A DNA stretch of 64,000 bases. Source: an uncultured Pseudomonadota bacterium. Its GTDB lineage: Bacteria; Desulfobacterota; Binatia; Binatales; Binataceae. The stretch lies in NCBI GenBank assembly GCA_963795945.1, contig CAWCJN010000001.1, forward strand, positions 410,774-474,773, given 5' to 3'. Below the pieces are notes generated by a model that was not told the DNA's origin, did no database searches, and saw nothing but the letters and a program-made list of their open reading frames with translations. The position numbers and the translations under genes are program-made. Position 1 is the first letter of the stretch. Each line of letters starts with the position of its first letter. Shown here piece after piece: positions 40,963 to 51,432 of the stretch.

Positions 40963-41370
40963 TTACTCGGCCAGGAATCGGATCCGGTCGCCGAGCTGGG
41001 TGGTGCTATGGGCGGCTGTGCCGGCGGGGAGTTCGAGGGCCTTGCGCGCGGTCCAGACGATCGGCGAGAAGCGCCACGGCTGAAGTCCGGAGGCAATGCG
41101 AATGACGCGATCATTGCGATCGAGAAAGACGATATCGATCGCGAAACGCATGAACATCGTGTGCATCCACATGAAAGGATCGAGGTGACTACGGACGAAG
41201 AGCAATCCGTGATCGAGGGCTAGAGTATCGCGCCCGAGGAGTCCGAGGGCCTTTGCGGAGATAGTGGAGGCCTCTTCGAGACGAGCGCAGAGGACGGTAT
41301 CGCGGGTGTGATTGATCGCCGTGACCGTCGATTTGATGGCGCGCGATTCACGAAGAATGGATTGGTTCAC
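40963..41370 (-). CDS. DUF192 domain protein
   Basis: KALGLLGR..L....GLLF, MHT.FMRFAIDIVFLD, ALELPAG. Confidence 0.85.
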   Translation of the reverse strand: MNQSILRESRAIKSTVTAINHTRDTVLCARLEEASTISAKALGLLGRDTLALDHGLLFVRSHLDPFMWMHTMFMRFAIDIVFLDRNDRVIRIASGLQPWRFSPIVWTARKALELPAGTAAHSTTQLGDRIRFLAE

Positions 41371-41479
41371 GTACCCGAGTGAAGCACAATCTAAGCCTAA
41401 GCGAATTCTGACTGAGCCGGACCGAGCGGAAAACGGCTGTCTTGTAAATCTGCCTTTGTATTAGAATTGCGGCAGCATC

Positions 41480-42184
41480 ATGGGTTATGTTGCAGCGTTT
41501 ATCGACGTTGCCGGGCAATCATGCGTAGTGATTGGCGGTGATGAGCAGGCCGAGCGGCGCGTCGGGATGTTGCTTGAGGCCGGCGCGAAAGTGACGGTGA
41601 TCGCGCGTGAGTTAAATGCGGCATTGAGCGAGATGGCCGTCAACGGCGTAATAACTCATTGGAAGCGCCAATATGAAGTCGACGATCTAGCGGGCTTTCG
41701 GATCGCTTATTGGACGGATCCGAACAATAAACTCGCGCGACGGGCTGCGGCCGAAGCACGGGAGCGAGGCGTTGCGCTTAACGTGTCCGATCGGCCCAAG
41801 CTCTGCACGTTTATCGCGCCGGCGGTCGTGAAGCGTGGTGCATTGCAAGTCGCGATTTCGACCGGCGGCGCGAGTCCGGCGGTGGCGAAGATGCTGCGGC
41901 AGGAGCTAGCCGAGATAATCGGCGAAGAATACGCGCCAACCCTCGCGATCATGGCGGCGGCACGGACGCGAATCCGGCAGAAGGAGCCGGATTTTGAGCA
42001 ACGGGCACGACTCAGCGCGATCATCGCAGATGAATTGCGGCAAGCCCTGCGACGGCACAATTATGCCGCGAGTGACGAAATCTTGCGACGTTATTTGGAC
42101 ATGCGGTTAGCCGATTGCGGGTTGGATTTTCCGTCAGAGACCGCTCCTCCCGCCTCGGCGGTAGATTCCGGCGAATCGCGATGA
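41480..42184 (+). CDS. Precorrin-2 dehydrogenase / sirohydrochlorin ferrochelatase (SirC/CysG N-terminal type)
   Basis: VVIGG…AERRV..LLEAGA.VTV, NV.D.P..CTFIAPAVV.RG.LQVAISTGG.SP..A. Confidence 0.9.
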   Translation: MGYVAAFIDVAGQSCVVIGGDEQAERRVGMLLEAGAKVTVIARELNAALSEMAVNGVITHWKRQYEVDDLAGFRIAYWTDPNNKLARRAAAEARERGVALNVSDRPKLCTFIAPAVVKRGALQVAISTGGASPAVAKMLRQELAEIIGEEYAPTLAIMAAARTRIRQKEPDFEQRARLSAIIADELRQALRRHNYAASDEILRRYLDMRLADCGLDFPSETAPPASAVDSGESR

Positions 42185-43008
42185 ATCAGATCGGTCTGAT
42201 TCCGGCACTAGCCGGCTACTTGTTGGCCGCGGTCGGCTTTATGATCGGTCGGGCCAGAGCCGATGAACGATGGGTGCGGGGAGCGACGATCGCGCTCGGT
42301 GCGGGCGCCGCGATGCAGGCGGCGACATTGGTGATCAGCGGAATTCAGGCGGGCAATATCCCGGTGGTCGATTTGACGCAGTCGATCGCTTTTCTAGCGT
42401 GGCTAACCGCACTCGCCGGATTAGTCTTGATTATACGATTCAGAATGGCGGTGATTGGAAGTTTTTTGGCGTGGCTGGTGTTTGGCGCAGTCGCGGCGAC
42501 GGGGGTCGCGCGAGGTCCGCAGCGGATCGTGATGCCGGAACCATTGCGGAGCGCATGGCTGCCGGTCCACGTTACGTTAGCGTTCGCAGGATTTGCATTA
42601 TTCGTGCTGTCGGCGGGCGTAAGTATCGTCTATCTGGTTTATGAACGCAGGTTGAAGATCAAGCGACCATTAGGTTCAGGCGACGAACGGACGCCGAGTT
42701 TGGAGAAGCTGGATCGGATCAATTACCGGCTGATCGGCTCAGGCTTTCTGATGTTGACGCTGGCGATTATCACGGGCGCGATTTGGGCAGACGCGACGTG
42801 GGGGCGCTTCTGGTCGTGGGAGCCGCAGGAAACGTGGACCCTGGTGATCTGGCTGATGTACGCGGCGCTGCTGGAGTCACGGTTGACCGCCGGATGGCAG
42901 GGGCGGCGGGTCGCGGCGCTGACGATCGTGGTCTTTACCGTATTGATCGGGTCGTTCGTGGGAGTGAGTCTTGTAACGCCAGGCAAGCATGGAGGCAATT
43001 TCGGTTAG
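42181..43008 (+). CDS. ccsA: Cytochrome c biogenesis protein CcsA (system II)
   Basis: WL.VHV…, L.L.IITGA.WA…WG.FWSWEPQETW, W..YA..L. Confidence 0.9.
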   Translation: MNQIGLIPALAGYLLAAVGFMIGRARADERWVRGATIALGAGAAMQAATLVISGIQAGNIPVVDLTQSIAFLAWLTALAGLVLIIRFRMAVIGSFLAWLVFGAVAATGVARGPQRIVMPEPLRSAWLPVHVTLAFAGFALFVLSAGVSIVYLVYERRLKIKRPLGSGDERTPSLEKLDRINYRLIGSGFLMLTLAIITGAIWADATWGRFWSWEPQETWTLVIWLMYAALLESRLTAGWQGRRVAALTIVVFTVLIGSFVGVSLVTPGKHGGNFG

Positions 43009-43012
43009 CATC

Positions 43013-44341
43013 ATGGAACGCAGACTCCTCGTCGTCGGGATAAACCATCGGACGGCCGCCGTTGCCGCGCGGGAGCAACTGGCGTATGCCGAGGACGAAG
43101 TTGCGTCGGCGCTCGGACGGATGCGTACGGCGCTGCCCGAAGTAAGCGAGGCGGCGCTAATCTCGACCTGTAATCGAGTCGAGATGATTGCGCTGGTCGA
43201 TCAATCGAACAACGCGAGCGAGTCGCTGATGCGCTTTATCGCCGCCGATCGGGGGGTCGCGCCGGGAGATTTCGCGCAGCAGTTCTACAGTTTGGAGGGT
43301 CGTGAGGCCGTGCGGCATCTGTTTCGGGTGGGGGCGAGCCTCGACTCGATGGTGATAGGCGAGCCGCAGATTCTGGGACAGCTCAAAATTGCGTACGCGC
43401 AAGCCGCGGCGGCGGGTAGCGCGGGGCTAGTGCTTCATCGGGTATTCCATCGCGCGTTTGCGGTAGCGAAGCAGGTGCGGAAAGCCACCCTGATCGGACA
43501 TGGCGCAGTGTCGGTAAGCTCGGCGGCGGTGAGCCTGGCGTCAAAGATTTTCGACTCACTGGCGGACAAGACGGTCATGTTGATGGGGGCGGGGCGAATT
43601 GCGGAGTTGGCGGCGTGCAGTCTGAAACGCAACGGCGTTCAATCGATCGTAATCACCAGCCGGACCTTCGATCATGCGGTGGCGCTGGCGCGTGAGCTGG
43701 GCGGCACGGCGGTGCCGTATGAGCAATGCAAGACTTATTTGAAAATGGCTGACGTGGTAATCGCGTCATTGGCGGTCAGCAAGCCGGCGTTAAGCGCGGA
43801 CGAAATCGAAGCAATCGTCAAGGAGCGTCGCTATCGCCCGATGTTTCTGATCGATCTGGGTGTCCCGCGCAATCTGGATGAACGGATCAACGGACTGGAG
43901 AATGTCTATCTTTACGATATCGATGATCTCGGGGCGGTGGCGTCGCGCTCGATGGAAGACCGGCAGCGCGAGGCGCTGAAAGCGGAGGAGATCGTTGAGG
44001 CCGAAGCGGCGGGCTTCATGCGCTGGCTGGACGGACTGGAGCTGGTCCCGGCGATCAAAGAGATTCGGTCGAGTATCGAGCTGCTACGCAACGAAGAGCT
44101 GGAACGGCATCGGGGATGGTTGGCCGGATTGCCGGCGGAAGAACGCGCGCGAATTGAGGGGCTGACGCGGGGGCTGGTCAATAAGCTGTTGCATCGAGTA
44201 CTCACGGCGCTGCGCGAGGATGAGCCGGGAGCGGCGAATCCACTATATGCCGCCGAAGTCGCCCGGCGATTGCTGTGCAGCGGACTCGCGCGCGACGCGA
44301 TCGCGCTGGCCGATGATGACGAAGAGCACGAAGACTTCTGA
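43013..44341 (+). CDS. hemA: Glutamyl-tRNA reductase
   Basis: GINHRTA.V..RE, LISTCNRVE, HLFRV.ASLDSMV.GEPQILGQ.K, IDLGVPRN. Confidence 0.95.
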   Translation: MERRLLVVGINHRTAAVAAREQLAYAEDEVASALGRMRTALPEVSEAALISTCNRVEMIALVDQSNNASESLMRFIAADRGVAPGDFAQQFYSLEGREAVRHLFRVGASLDSMVIGEPQILGQLKIAYAQAAAAGSAGLVLHRVFHRAFAVAKQVRKATLIGHGAVSVSSAAVSLASKIFDSLADKTVMLMGAGRIAELAACSLKRNGVQSIVITSRTFDHAVALARELGGTAVPYEQCKTYLKMADVVIASLAVSKPALSADEIEAIVKERRYRPMFLIDLGVPRNLDERINGLENVYLYDIDDLGAVASRSMEDRQREALKAEEIVEAEAAGFMRWLDGLELVPAIKEIRSSIELLRNEELERHRGWLAGLPAEERARIEGLTRGLVNKLLHRVLTALREDEPGAANPLYAAEVARRLLCSGLARDAIALADDDEEHEDF

Positions 44342-44363
44342 GGCACGGTCGGACTGGTAAGCG

Positions 44364-45308
44364 ATGGCAAGCAAGCTGCGGATCGGTTCGCGTCCGAGTG
44401 CTTTGGCGTTGGCGCAAGCCGCGATTGTCAAAGAGCGGCTCGAAGCAAATCTGGCAGGGCTAGCAGTCGAAGTGATTCCGATTACCACCGGTGGCGACAA
44501 GTTGCTGACGGCGTCACTGGCGCAAGTCGGCGGAAAAGGACTGTTTATCCGCGAGTTGGAGCAGGCGCTCAGCGCGCGACGGATTGATATCGCGGTGCAT
44601 TCGATGAAGGACCTGCCCGCGGTGCTCGCGCCGGAGTATCGAATCGTTGCAGTGCCGGAGCGCGAGAATCCCTGCGATGCGCTGATATCGCGAACGGGCG
44701 GCGGTTGGAACGCGCTCGGGCGAAACGCGCGAATTGGAACGTCATCGGTGAGGCGGCGGCTCGAGGCGCTGCGGCTGCGTCCTGACTTGGAGATCGTGCC
44801 GCTGCGCGGCAACGTGGATACCCGGTTGCGCCATCTCAATGAGGGTGATTTCGACGCGGTGATCCTCGCGATGGCGGGTTTGAAGCGACTGGGGCGAACC
44901 GAGGGGTTGAATATAACCGAACTCAATGACGAGGAGTTCGTCCCGTCAGCCGGCCAGGGAGCGTTGGCGATCGAGGCGCTGGCGAATGGATCGATCAGTG
45001 ACTCGGCGGAATTGAAAGAGGCGATTGCCGGGTTGAACGATCCGATAGCTGAGGCCGAAGTCGCAGCGGAGCGGGCGTTTCTGGCGACCATCGGGGCGTC
45101 GTGCGTGTCGCCGGTGGGGGTCAAGGCGCGCTTTGAACAAGAGAAGCTGAGGTTACGCGCGTTGCTGTTCAATTTCGATGGGACGAGGAGTCTCGCGGAT
45201 CGAGTCGAGCAGGATGAGATGTTGGAGGCGGCAGGACTAGGTGTCGAGCTAGGGAGGAAGATGCTCGGGAGGGGAGCGGGGGAGCTGCTAGGTGAAGAAA
45301 ATTCGTAA
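44364..45308 (+). CDS. hemC: Hydroxymethylbilane synthase
   Basis: IGSRPS.LAL.Q, GGKGLF..ELE.AL…IDIAVHSMKD.P, GTSS.RR, LRGNVDTRL, PSAGQGAL. Confidence 0.95.
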   Translation: MASKLRIGSRPSALALAQAAIVKERLEANLAGLAVEVIPITTGGDKLLTASLAQVGGKGLFIRELEQALSARRIDIAVHSMKDLPAVLAPEYRIVAVPERENPCDALISRTGGGWNALGRNARIGTSSVRRRLEALRLRPDLEIVPLRGNVDTRLRHLNEGDFDAVILAMAGLKRLGRTEGLNITELNDEEFVPSAGQGALAIEALANGSISDSAELKEAIAGLNDPIAEAEVAAERAFLATIGASCVSPVGVKARFEQEKLRLRALLFNFDGTRSLADRVEQDEMLEAAGLGVELGRKMLGRGAGELLGEENS

Positions 45309-45366
45309 GACAAGGAATTGATCGCCTATAGAAAGAAGAATCACAAATCCTAAGGGGGATTAGACT

Positions 45367-46296
45367 TTGTTATCGCGGTTAGGAAGATTAGTACCGCTAA
45401 TCCTAGTAGGATTGGCTTTAATAGTATTTAGCGCTCACTGCGGATTTGCTTCAGAAAACGGAACTAGGGACGATCAGCAAACCGGCAAGTCTGAGGAAAT
45501 TTACGCAACTAACGATAGAGAGCCATCCACATCGCCTGCATCCTATGCAGCAATTCTTGGCACACTCCGAGCCATAGTGAGTGAGGAAGTTTTTAAACAG
45601 AAACAAGAGTATGCCGATCGCAAAGATTGGAACACGCCAAAATTCTGGGGAGCTTTGATTCCAAATGTTCTGCTCGTTATTATCGGAATAATCTATAGTC
45701 TCGCGGCTTGGAAGCAGTTAAGTGCGATCAAGCTGCAGGGTCGTATTGCTCAAAGAACCCTTGCTATATCCGACCGGCCATGGATCAACGTTGAAGGTTG
45801 GCGCTTCTCTGCTCCGCCATCGATCGATACACCAATCATAGTAAAGTTTTACGTCCGCAATTTCGGAAAAAGTCCAGCATGGATCAGTAAGTTATTTGTG
45901 AGACTTGCTACAATCGATTCTGGCGAAAACTTCCCGGAACCACCTGATTACTCCCCCAATCCGGTGGACGGGATTAACAATGATGCTAAGGGGCGGCTGA
46001 TTGCTCCAGGCGAGGCCATCGAGTTTACCTGCCTAATGAGAGGCCGCAAGATGTTTGATTCAACTGAATACGCTCGCTGGAGAGATGGAAGCTTTTACAT
46101 TTTTGCGTATGGATTTATTGACTATGAAGACTCATGGGGGAAGATTCGACCGATGCGGTTTTCCGCTCAACATGGTTTCATAAAGGCGGATATCGGATTG
46201 AAAGAGCTCGGAATAGACGTGAAGATCGACGTGTGGAACCCTAATGTCGGAGAGGGCAGTTACCATTTTCATGATCGTGAAAAAATAGAGAACTAG
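45367..46296 (+). CDS. Membrane-anchored hypothetical protein, lower GC
   Basis: Signal-like N-terminus, TM LIPNVLLVIIGIIY, RPWINV, VRNFGKSPA, GFIDYEDSWG. A/T-richer than its flanks. Confidence 0.6.
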   Translation: MLSRLGRLVPLILVGLALIVFSAHCGFASENGTRDDQQTGKSEEIYATNDREPSTSPASYAAILGTLRAIVSEEVFKQKQEYADRKDWNTPKFWGALIPNVLLVIIGIIYSLAAWKQLSAIKLQGRIAQRTLAISDRPWINVEGWRFSAPPSIDTPIIVKFYVRNFGKSPAWISKLFVRLATIDSGENFPEPPDYSPNPVDGINNDAKGRLIAPGEAIEFTCLMRGRKMFDSTEYARWRDGSFYIFAYGFIDYEDSWGKIRPMRFSAQHGFIKADIGLKELGIDVKIDVWNPNVGEGSYHFHDREKIEN

Positions 46297-46347
46297 AATA
46301 GCAGCTTATTGGGTCATTCTATCCTTTTGCGCCTTTGTCCGTGCTCT

Positions 46348-47667
46348 TTAGTCTGATTCCGTCAGATACTTGAGGAAATCGGTGGGGCTGATGTAGCCGA
46401 CGCGGCGCTTGCGAACGTGTCCGGTACTGTCGATGAAGACCGTGGTGGGTACGCCCTGCACCTTGAATTGTTTCATCAATGCCTGATTTTGGGCGTTGAC
46501 TGAGGTTAGATTCGCGCGCAGGCGAACAAAGTTCGCGCCGGCGCGGACCACCGCAGGATCGGTGAACGTCGTATGCTCCATCTCGCGGCACGGCACGCAC
46601 CAGTCCGCGCTGAAATCCACCACGACCGGCTTGCCCGCCGCGGTCGCGTTGCGGAGCAGCGCACTATCGAAGGATTGAAAGGCAAGGTGCGTTTGTGATC
46701 GATGAGTGAGCATCAGCAGGTAAATCAGCGCGACTATCGAAACTGCGCCGAGCGCGGTGCGGAAGACCATGAATGGGCGCCAGTGACGCCCGCACGAAGA
46801 GACGAACGCCAGAAAAAGAGCGGCAGCGATCGCATAGTAGGGCAGAACGCGGCTGATCAGCCGATTAGGTACAACAGGATCGAGAAAGTAGAGCGCCAGC
46901 CCGACCAGCACGAAGCCAAACAACTGCTCGACCCACGCCAGCCATTCACCGGAGCGCGGCAAGCGGCGGATACTTCCCGCGGCCATCGCGAGGCCGACAT
47001 ACGGCAAGCCCATCCCGATCGCGAGCGTAAAGAACAAGGCGAAGCCGAAGAGGGGATTGCCGCTGTGCTGCACGATCAAGAGCAGGCCGAGCACGATCGG
47101 CCCGATACAGGGAGCGGCGACCAGACCCATCCCGAGTCCCATGAGCATCGAGCCGGCATAACCGGGGCGGGCGACCCCCACCCGGCGCATAATCCATTGA
47201 GGCGGCTGCAACGCGAACAAGCCAAAGCTGGATGCTGCCAAGATCAGCAGGATCAGTGCGATCGTGCCGAGTACGTAGGGATTTTGCAGAGCTGCGCCGA
47301 AGAGTCCGCCGGTTAAGGCGGCTGCGACCCCGACTGCGGAAAAGGTCAAGGCGACGCCGATCACGTAAAGAATCGCGAGGCTAATTAGTCGGCGCGGTCC
47401 GCCGCCTTCGTTGCCGAAATAGGCGACTGTGACGCCGATCAGTGGATAGACGCACGGGGTCAGGTTTAAGGCGAGACCGCCGAGCAAGACGATCAAGAAT
47501 CCAATCGGATAGCCGTGTGCGAAAAGCGAAGCAGAAAACGTGCTCGTATCCTGCAAGCTGATCGCGCCGGAGGCAGCTTCAGCGCCGGAGACCGTGGCGA
47601 GCATCAACGCCATCGCCAAAGGAATGAGCGCAGTTCTCCGGCCTGTCATTTGGCCTATCGCGCTCAT
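46348..47667 (-). CDS. DsbD/CcdA-like membrane disulfide reductase with a C-terminal thioredoxin domain
   Basis: LNLTPCVYPL, LVAAPCIGP, LPRSG.W, VDF.ADWCVPC. Confidence 0.9.
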   Translation of the reverse strand: MSAIGQMTGRRTALIPLAMALMLATVSGAEAASGAISLQDTSTFSASLFAHGYPIGFLIVLLGGLALNLTPCVYPLIGVTVAYFGNEGGGPRRLISLAILYVIGVALTFSAVGVAAALTGGLFGAALQNPYVLGTIALILLILAASSFGLFALQPPQWIMRRVGVARPGYAGSMLMGLGMGLVAAPCIGPIVLGLLLIVQHSGNPLFGFALFFTLAIGMGLPYVGLAMAAGSIRRLPRSGEWLAWVEQLFGFVLVGLALYFLDPVVPNRLISRVLPYYAIAAALFLAFVSSCGRHWRPFMVFRTALGAVSIVALIYLLMLTHRSQTHLAFQSFDSALLRNATAAGKPVVVDFSADWCVPCREMEHTTFTDPAVVRAGANFVRLRANLTSVNAQNQALMKQFKVQGVPTTVFIDSTGHVRKRRVGYISPTDFLKYLTESD

Positions 47668-47685
47668 TCTGATCAGCGAGTTGAC

Positions 47686-48864
47686 TCAGCCATCTAAGGG
47701 GGCCTCACCATCAATCGAGAGCGGCGCATGATCGACGATCTCGAGACCATAGCCGGGCAGGTTGGCGAGGCGGGGCGGCTTGTCGGTCAGCAAGACCATC
47801 TGGCGCACGCCGACATCGCGGAGAATCTGCGCGCCGATTCCATAGTCGCGGAAATCAGTCTCAGGGGCGTTAAGCCTGGTGCTCGCGCGATTCATCGCGC
47901 GCCGCGAGTTGCCGTTGATATCCCCGGCGATCGCCTCTGATTCCCGCTTGAGATAGAGAATCACTCCCTCGCCGGCAATCGCGATATGTTCCATCGCCGC
48001 GCGCAACAATCCGCGGGTGTTGCGCTTGGTATAGCCAAAGACGTCGCCGGGCAGATACTCGCGATGGGCGCGCACCAGCACCGGTCGGTCCGGCGAAATC
48101 TCGCCCATCACGAGCACCAGATGCTCGCTTAGATCGACCAGGTTGCGATAGACCCGGGCCTTGAATTCGCCGCACGCAGTCGGCAGACGAGCTTCTGCGA
48201 TCCGCTCGATCATCGTCTCGTTGCGCAGGCGATACTCGATGATATCGGCAACGGTCACAATTTTGAGGCTGTGGATCGTTGCGAATTCGACCAGATCGTC
48301 GCGTCGGGCCATCGTGCCGTCTTCCTTGAGAATTTCGCAGATGACGCCAGCGGGTTTGAGCCCAGCCAGTCGTGCAAGATCGACCGCTCCCTCGGTCTGG
48401 CCGGTGCGCACCAGCACTCCGCCTTCGCGAGCGCGTAGCGGATAAACATAGCCCGGCGTGATAAATTCCGCGCCGGATGCGTCCTCGCGCACGGCCTGCT
48501 GGATGGTAGTGGCGCGATCCTGAGCCGATACGCCCGAGCCGGCGGCACGGCGGGCCGTAATCGGTACGGTGAAAGCCGTGCCGAGGGGAGCCTGATTATC
48601 CCCGACCATCATGTTGAGCCCGAGTTGGTCGATGCGATTGGCGGACATCGGCAGGCAAATTAGTCCGCGTCCGTATTTGGCCATGAAATTGATCGCTTCG
48701 GCGGTGGCCTTTTCGGCGGCCATACAGAGATCGCCTTCATTCTCGCGATCCTCATCGTCCATCAGGATAAACATGCGGCCGCGGCGGGTTTCTTCGAGCG
48801 CTTCCTCGATACTTATAAAGGGGGCGATGGGGCCGTGTTCGCGAGGCGTGATTTCTCCAAACAT
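47686..48864 (-). CDS. ribB: 3,4-dihydroxy-2-butanone-4-phosphate synthase fused to a degenerate GTP cyclohydrolase II domain
   Basis: [30 protein letters not shown]. In the C-terminal domain [13 protein letters not shown] lacks the Zn-binding Cys residues. Confidence 0.9.
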   Translation of the reverse strand: MFGEITPREHGPIAPFISIEEALEETRRGRMFILMDDEDRENEGDLCMAAEKATAEAINFMAKYGRGLICLPMSANRIDQLGLNMMVGDNQAPLGTAFTVPITARRAAGSGVSAQDRATTIQQAVREDASGAEFITPGYVYPLRAREGGVLVRTGQTEGAVDLARLAGLKPAGVICEILKEDGTMARRDDLVEFATIHSLKIVTVADIIEYRLRNETMIERIAEARLPTACGEFKARVYRNLVDLSEHLVLVMGEISPDRPVLVRAHREYLPGDVFGYTKRNTRGLLRAAMEHIAIAGEGVILYLKRESEAIAGDINGNSRRAMNRASTRLNAPETDFRDYGIGAQILRDVGVRQMVLLTDKPPRLANLPGYGLEIVDHAPLSIDGEAPLDG

Positions 48865-49002
48865 GATCGTGACCTTTGCCGGTGGTTAGCGATTTTTCCC
48901 GACGTATAGGACCGATTCTAGCGCAGTGGCCGCTAACGCGTTAATCCCCGGAATCCAGTGAAGCTAGCGGTTAGGAATCCCGACAGGTAAATTCTTGAAA
49001 TC

Positions 49003-49107
49003 GCTTCGTGCAGTCCCCTTCGACTACGCTCAGGGCAGGCTCTCGACATGGCTCACGTTGCTCCCTTCGAGAGACTCAGGGCAGGCTACCGGCTCGGGAT
49101 GACAAAT
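49003..49107. repeat. Composite REP-like element with two CCCTTCGA…CTCAGGGCAGGCT units
   Basis: Direct repeats at 49016-49041 and 49063-49087, ending in gggatgacaaat. Confidence 0.65.
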
Positions 49108-49138
49108 CCTGCTACGAGAAGCTATTGTGGGCAAGACT

Positions 49139-49969
49139 TTAACTCTTGGAGCCGGGCCAGGCGGCGGCAGCGCCGAGGCCTTCGAGCGCCAATCCATAAC
49201 CGAGATTCTCGAGCATTAATTTCTTCAAGTTCTGGGTCATCGCGACGCGCGCGTAACGAACTGCTAACGAGGGGCGCGCGACGATCTGGCGGGCCAATTC
49301 CCAGGCACGGGGGAGCAGCTGGCCGCGTTCCACAATTTCGTTGACTACGCCAAGAGCAAGCGCCTCAGCAGCAGCTATCTTCTGTCCGGTCAGCAGAAAA
49401 TAGCGGCCGCGATTCGGACCCAGAATCAGCGGCCACATAATATGGACCCTATCGCCCGGTACAACGCCGTTGGGAAAGTGGGGCGCATCCTGAAATTCGG
49501 CATTAGGCGAGGCGAGTACGATATCGCACATCACCGCCAGTTCAGCGTGGATCAATGCGGGACCATTGACCGCGGCGATCATCGGGACCTCGATATTGAG
49601 CAAATTGGTCAGCAGGTACTTGGCGTCAGACAGGTACTTGGCGTCAGAATAGATATGGTCCCAGGTCGTGGAGGGAATTCCGGCGGGTTTCGAGGGTCGA
49701 GCCTCTTCCTCGACTTGCAAGCCGGCCGGTCCGCCGCTCGTATCCATAGTCGAGCAAAAGGAATCACCCGCGCCGGTCAGGATTACGCAGCGATTTTCGT
49801 GGTCCCGCGCGAGATCGTTGAAGGCGTGGGACAGCTCTTCGTGGACGTGCGCGCCCCAGCGCAGCGCGCTGTGCTCGCTATGTAATGAAATCTGTAAAAT
49901 CCCGTCGCGACGCTCCATCGCGATATGCGGATAACGGCGGCCATAGTCCGCCAGATTTGAAAAGGCCAT
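49139..49969 (-). CDS. Enoyl-CoA hydratase/isomerase (crotonase) family protein
   Basis: VILTG.GD.FC, P.IAAVNGPA, CDIVLAS, YFLLTG..I.A.EAL.LGVVN. Confidence 0.88.
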   Translation of the reverse strand: MAFSNLADYGRRYPHIAMERRDGILQISLHSEHSALRWGAHVHEELSHAFNDLARDHENRCVILTGAGDSFCSTMDTSGGPAGLQVEEEARPSKPAGIPSTTWDHIYSDAKYLSDAKYLLTNLLNIEVPMIAAVNGPALIHAELAVMCDIVLASPNAEFQDAPHFPNGVVPGDRVHIMWPLILGPNRGRYFLLTGQKIAAAEALALGVVNEIVERGQLLPRAWELARQIVARPSLAVRYARVAMTQNLKKLMLENLGYGLALEGLGAAAAWPGSKS

Positions 49970-50064
49970 AGATATTTCTCCTCGAGAGCTTTGCGGGGCG
50001 TCTCTGGAAGTAACGCGACCGTGCTTCGCGTATAAACCTTAAGTTCAGTACGATTGAGATCTCG

Positions 50065-51396
50065 ATGTCCGAAAACTTTGACGACAGTTCTATCGATTTA
50101 GCGGAAGAGGCCCTCGGTCCCACACCCGCGACGGAATCTACGAAGGGCTGGTTTACGGCGTTCCGCGCGATGCGCCATCGGAACTTCCGCCTGTTCTTCG
50201 GCGGCCAGTTCACCTCGCTGGTCGGCACCTGGATGCAGATGGTGGCGCAAGCCTGGCTGGTGCTTAAGCTGACCAACTCGTCGATGATGCTCGGAGTGGT
50301 ATCCTTCGCCAGTTACATTCCGGTTTTGCTAGTCACGTTATTCGCCGGCGTGATTATCGATCATGTGGATCGGCGCCGCTTGATCATCACCGCGCAGATC
50401 CTATTGATGCTCAGCGCATTTATCCTCGCATGGCTGACCTGGACTGGCATCGTTCGCGTCGAGCACGTAATCATTCTCGCGGCGTTCAGCGGACTGGTCA
50501 GCGCATTCGATTTGCCCGCCCGTCAGGCTTTCGTGGTCGAGATGGTAGGTAAGGAAGACCTGCCTAACGCGATCGCCTTGAACTCGATGATCTTCAATGG
50601 CGCACGCACCATCGGTCCCGCAATTGCCGGATTGCTGATTGCGATAACCAGCACGGCGATGTGCTTTTTTCTCAATGGCGTAAGTTTCATCGCGGTCATC
50701 TGGAGCCTGTTCGCGATGGTTTTGCCGGTATGGAGCGGATCGCGCGGTCAGGGCTTTGGGATGTTATCGCGGCTGCACGAAGGACTGGTATACGTGTGGC
50801 AGCATCGCCCGATGCGGATCCTGCTTGCGGTTGTTGCGATCAATAGCGGCTTCGGTGTGACTTATTCCGTGCTGATTCCGATCTTCGCACGGGACATCCT
50901 GCACGTCGGCGCGCACGGGTACGGCTTCCTGATGGCCGCGCAGGGCGTCGGAGCGGTGGCGGGAGGAGTTTACCTCGCGTCGCATTCCGGCACCGGCAGA
51001 AAATTGCGTCGGACTGTCACGATTGGTCTCTTCTGTTCCGCTTTGGCAACGATGTTGTTTGGCGTCTCGCGCTCGATGGCGCTGTCGATGGCGGCGCAGG
51101 TCGTGATCGGCGCCGGAATTATCAATTTTATGGCCGGCACTAACACGATGCTTCAGTTGTTTGTCTCAGACCATTTACGCGGGCGCGTGATGAGTATGTA
51201 CACGCTCTCGTTCATCGGACTGGCCCCGCTGGGCTCGCTGGAGGTCGGCTATCTTGGGGAACATTTCAGCCCCAGTGTGGCGGTCCTGATCTGCGGGCTG
51301 ATTTCATTTGTTTGCGGCATAATATTGCTGATCGGCATGCCAGTCATAGCGGCAGCTCAGGCGGAGTCTTCGGCACATTTGCAAGCGGCGGACTAG
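50065..51396 (+). CDS. MFS transporter
   Basis: NFRLFF.GQ..SL.GTWMQ.VAQ.WLV..LT, G…D..DRRR, PARQ..V.EMV..EDL.NAI.LNS, RGRVMS.Y. Confidence 0.9.
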   Translation: MSENFDDSSIDLAEEALGPTPATESTKGWFTAFRAMRHRNFRLFFGGQFTSLVGTWMQMVAQAWLVLKLTNSSMMLGVVSFASYIPVLLVTLFAGVIIDHVDRRRLIITAQILLMLSAFILAWLTWTGIVRVEHVIILAAFSGLVSAFDLPARQAFVVEMVGKEDLPNAIALNSMIFNGARTIGPAIAGLLIAITSTAMCFFLNGVSFIAVIWSLFAMVLPVWSGSRGQGFGMLSRLHEGLVYVWQHRPMRILLAVVAINSGFGVTYSVLIPIFARDILHVGAHGYGFLMAAQGVGAVAGGVYLASHSGTGRKLRRTVTIGLFCSALATMLFGVSRSMALSMAAQVVIGAGIINFMAGTNTMLQLFVSDHLRGRVMSMYTLSFIGLAPLGSLEVGYLGEHFSPSVAVLICGLISFVCGIILLIGMPVIAAAQAESSAHLQAAD

Positions 51397-51432
51397 CACG
51401 GTGGGTGTGGGAGCTTCGCTATAATCGCGCCG

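Noticed and set aside
48865-49138. FMN riboswitch upstream of ribB
   Set aside because: RFN consensus blocks were not found; the spacer is occupied by a REP-like element and a possible TAGAAT promoter.
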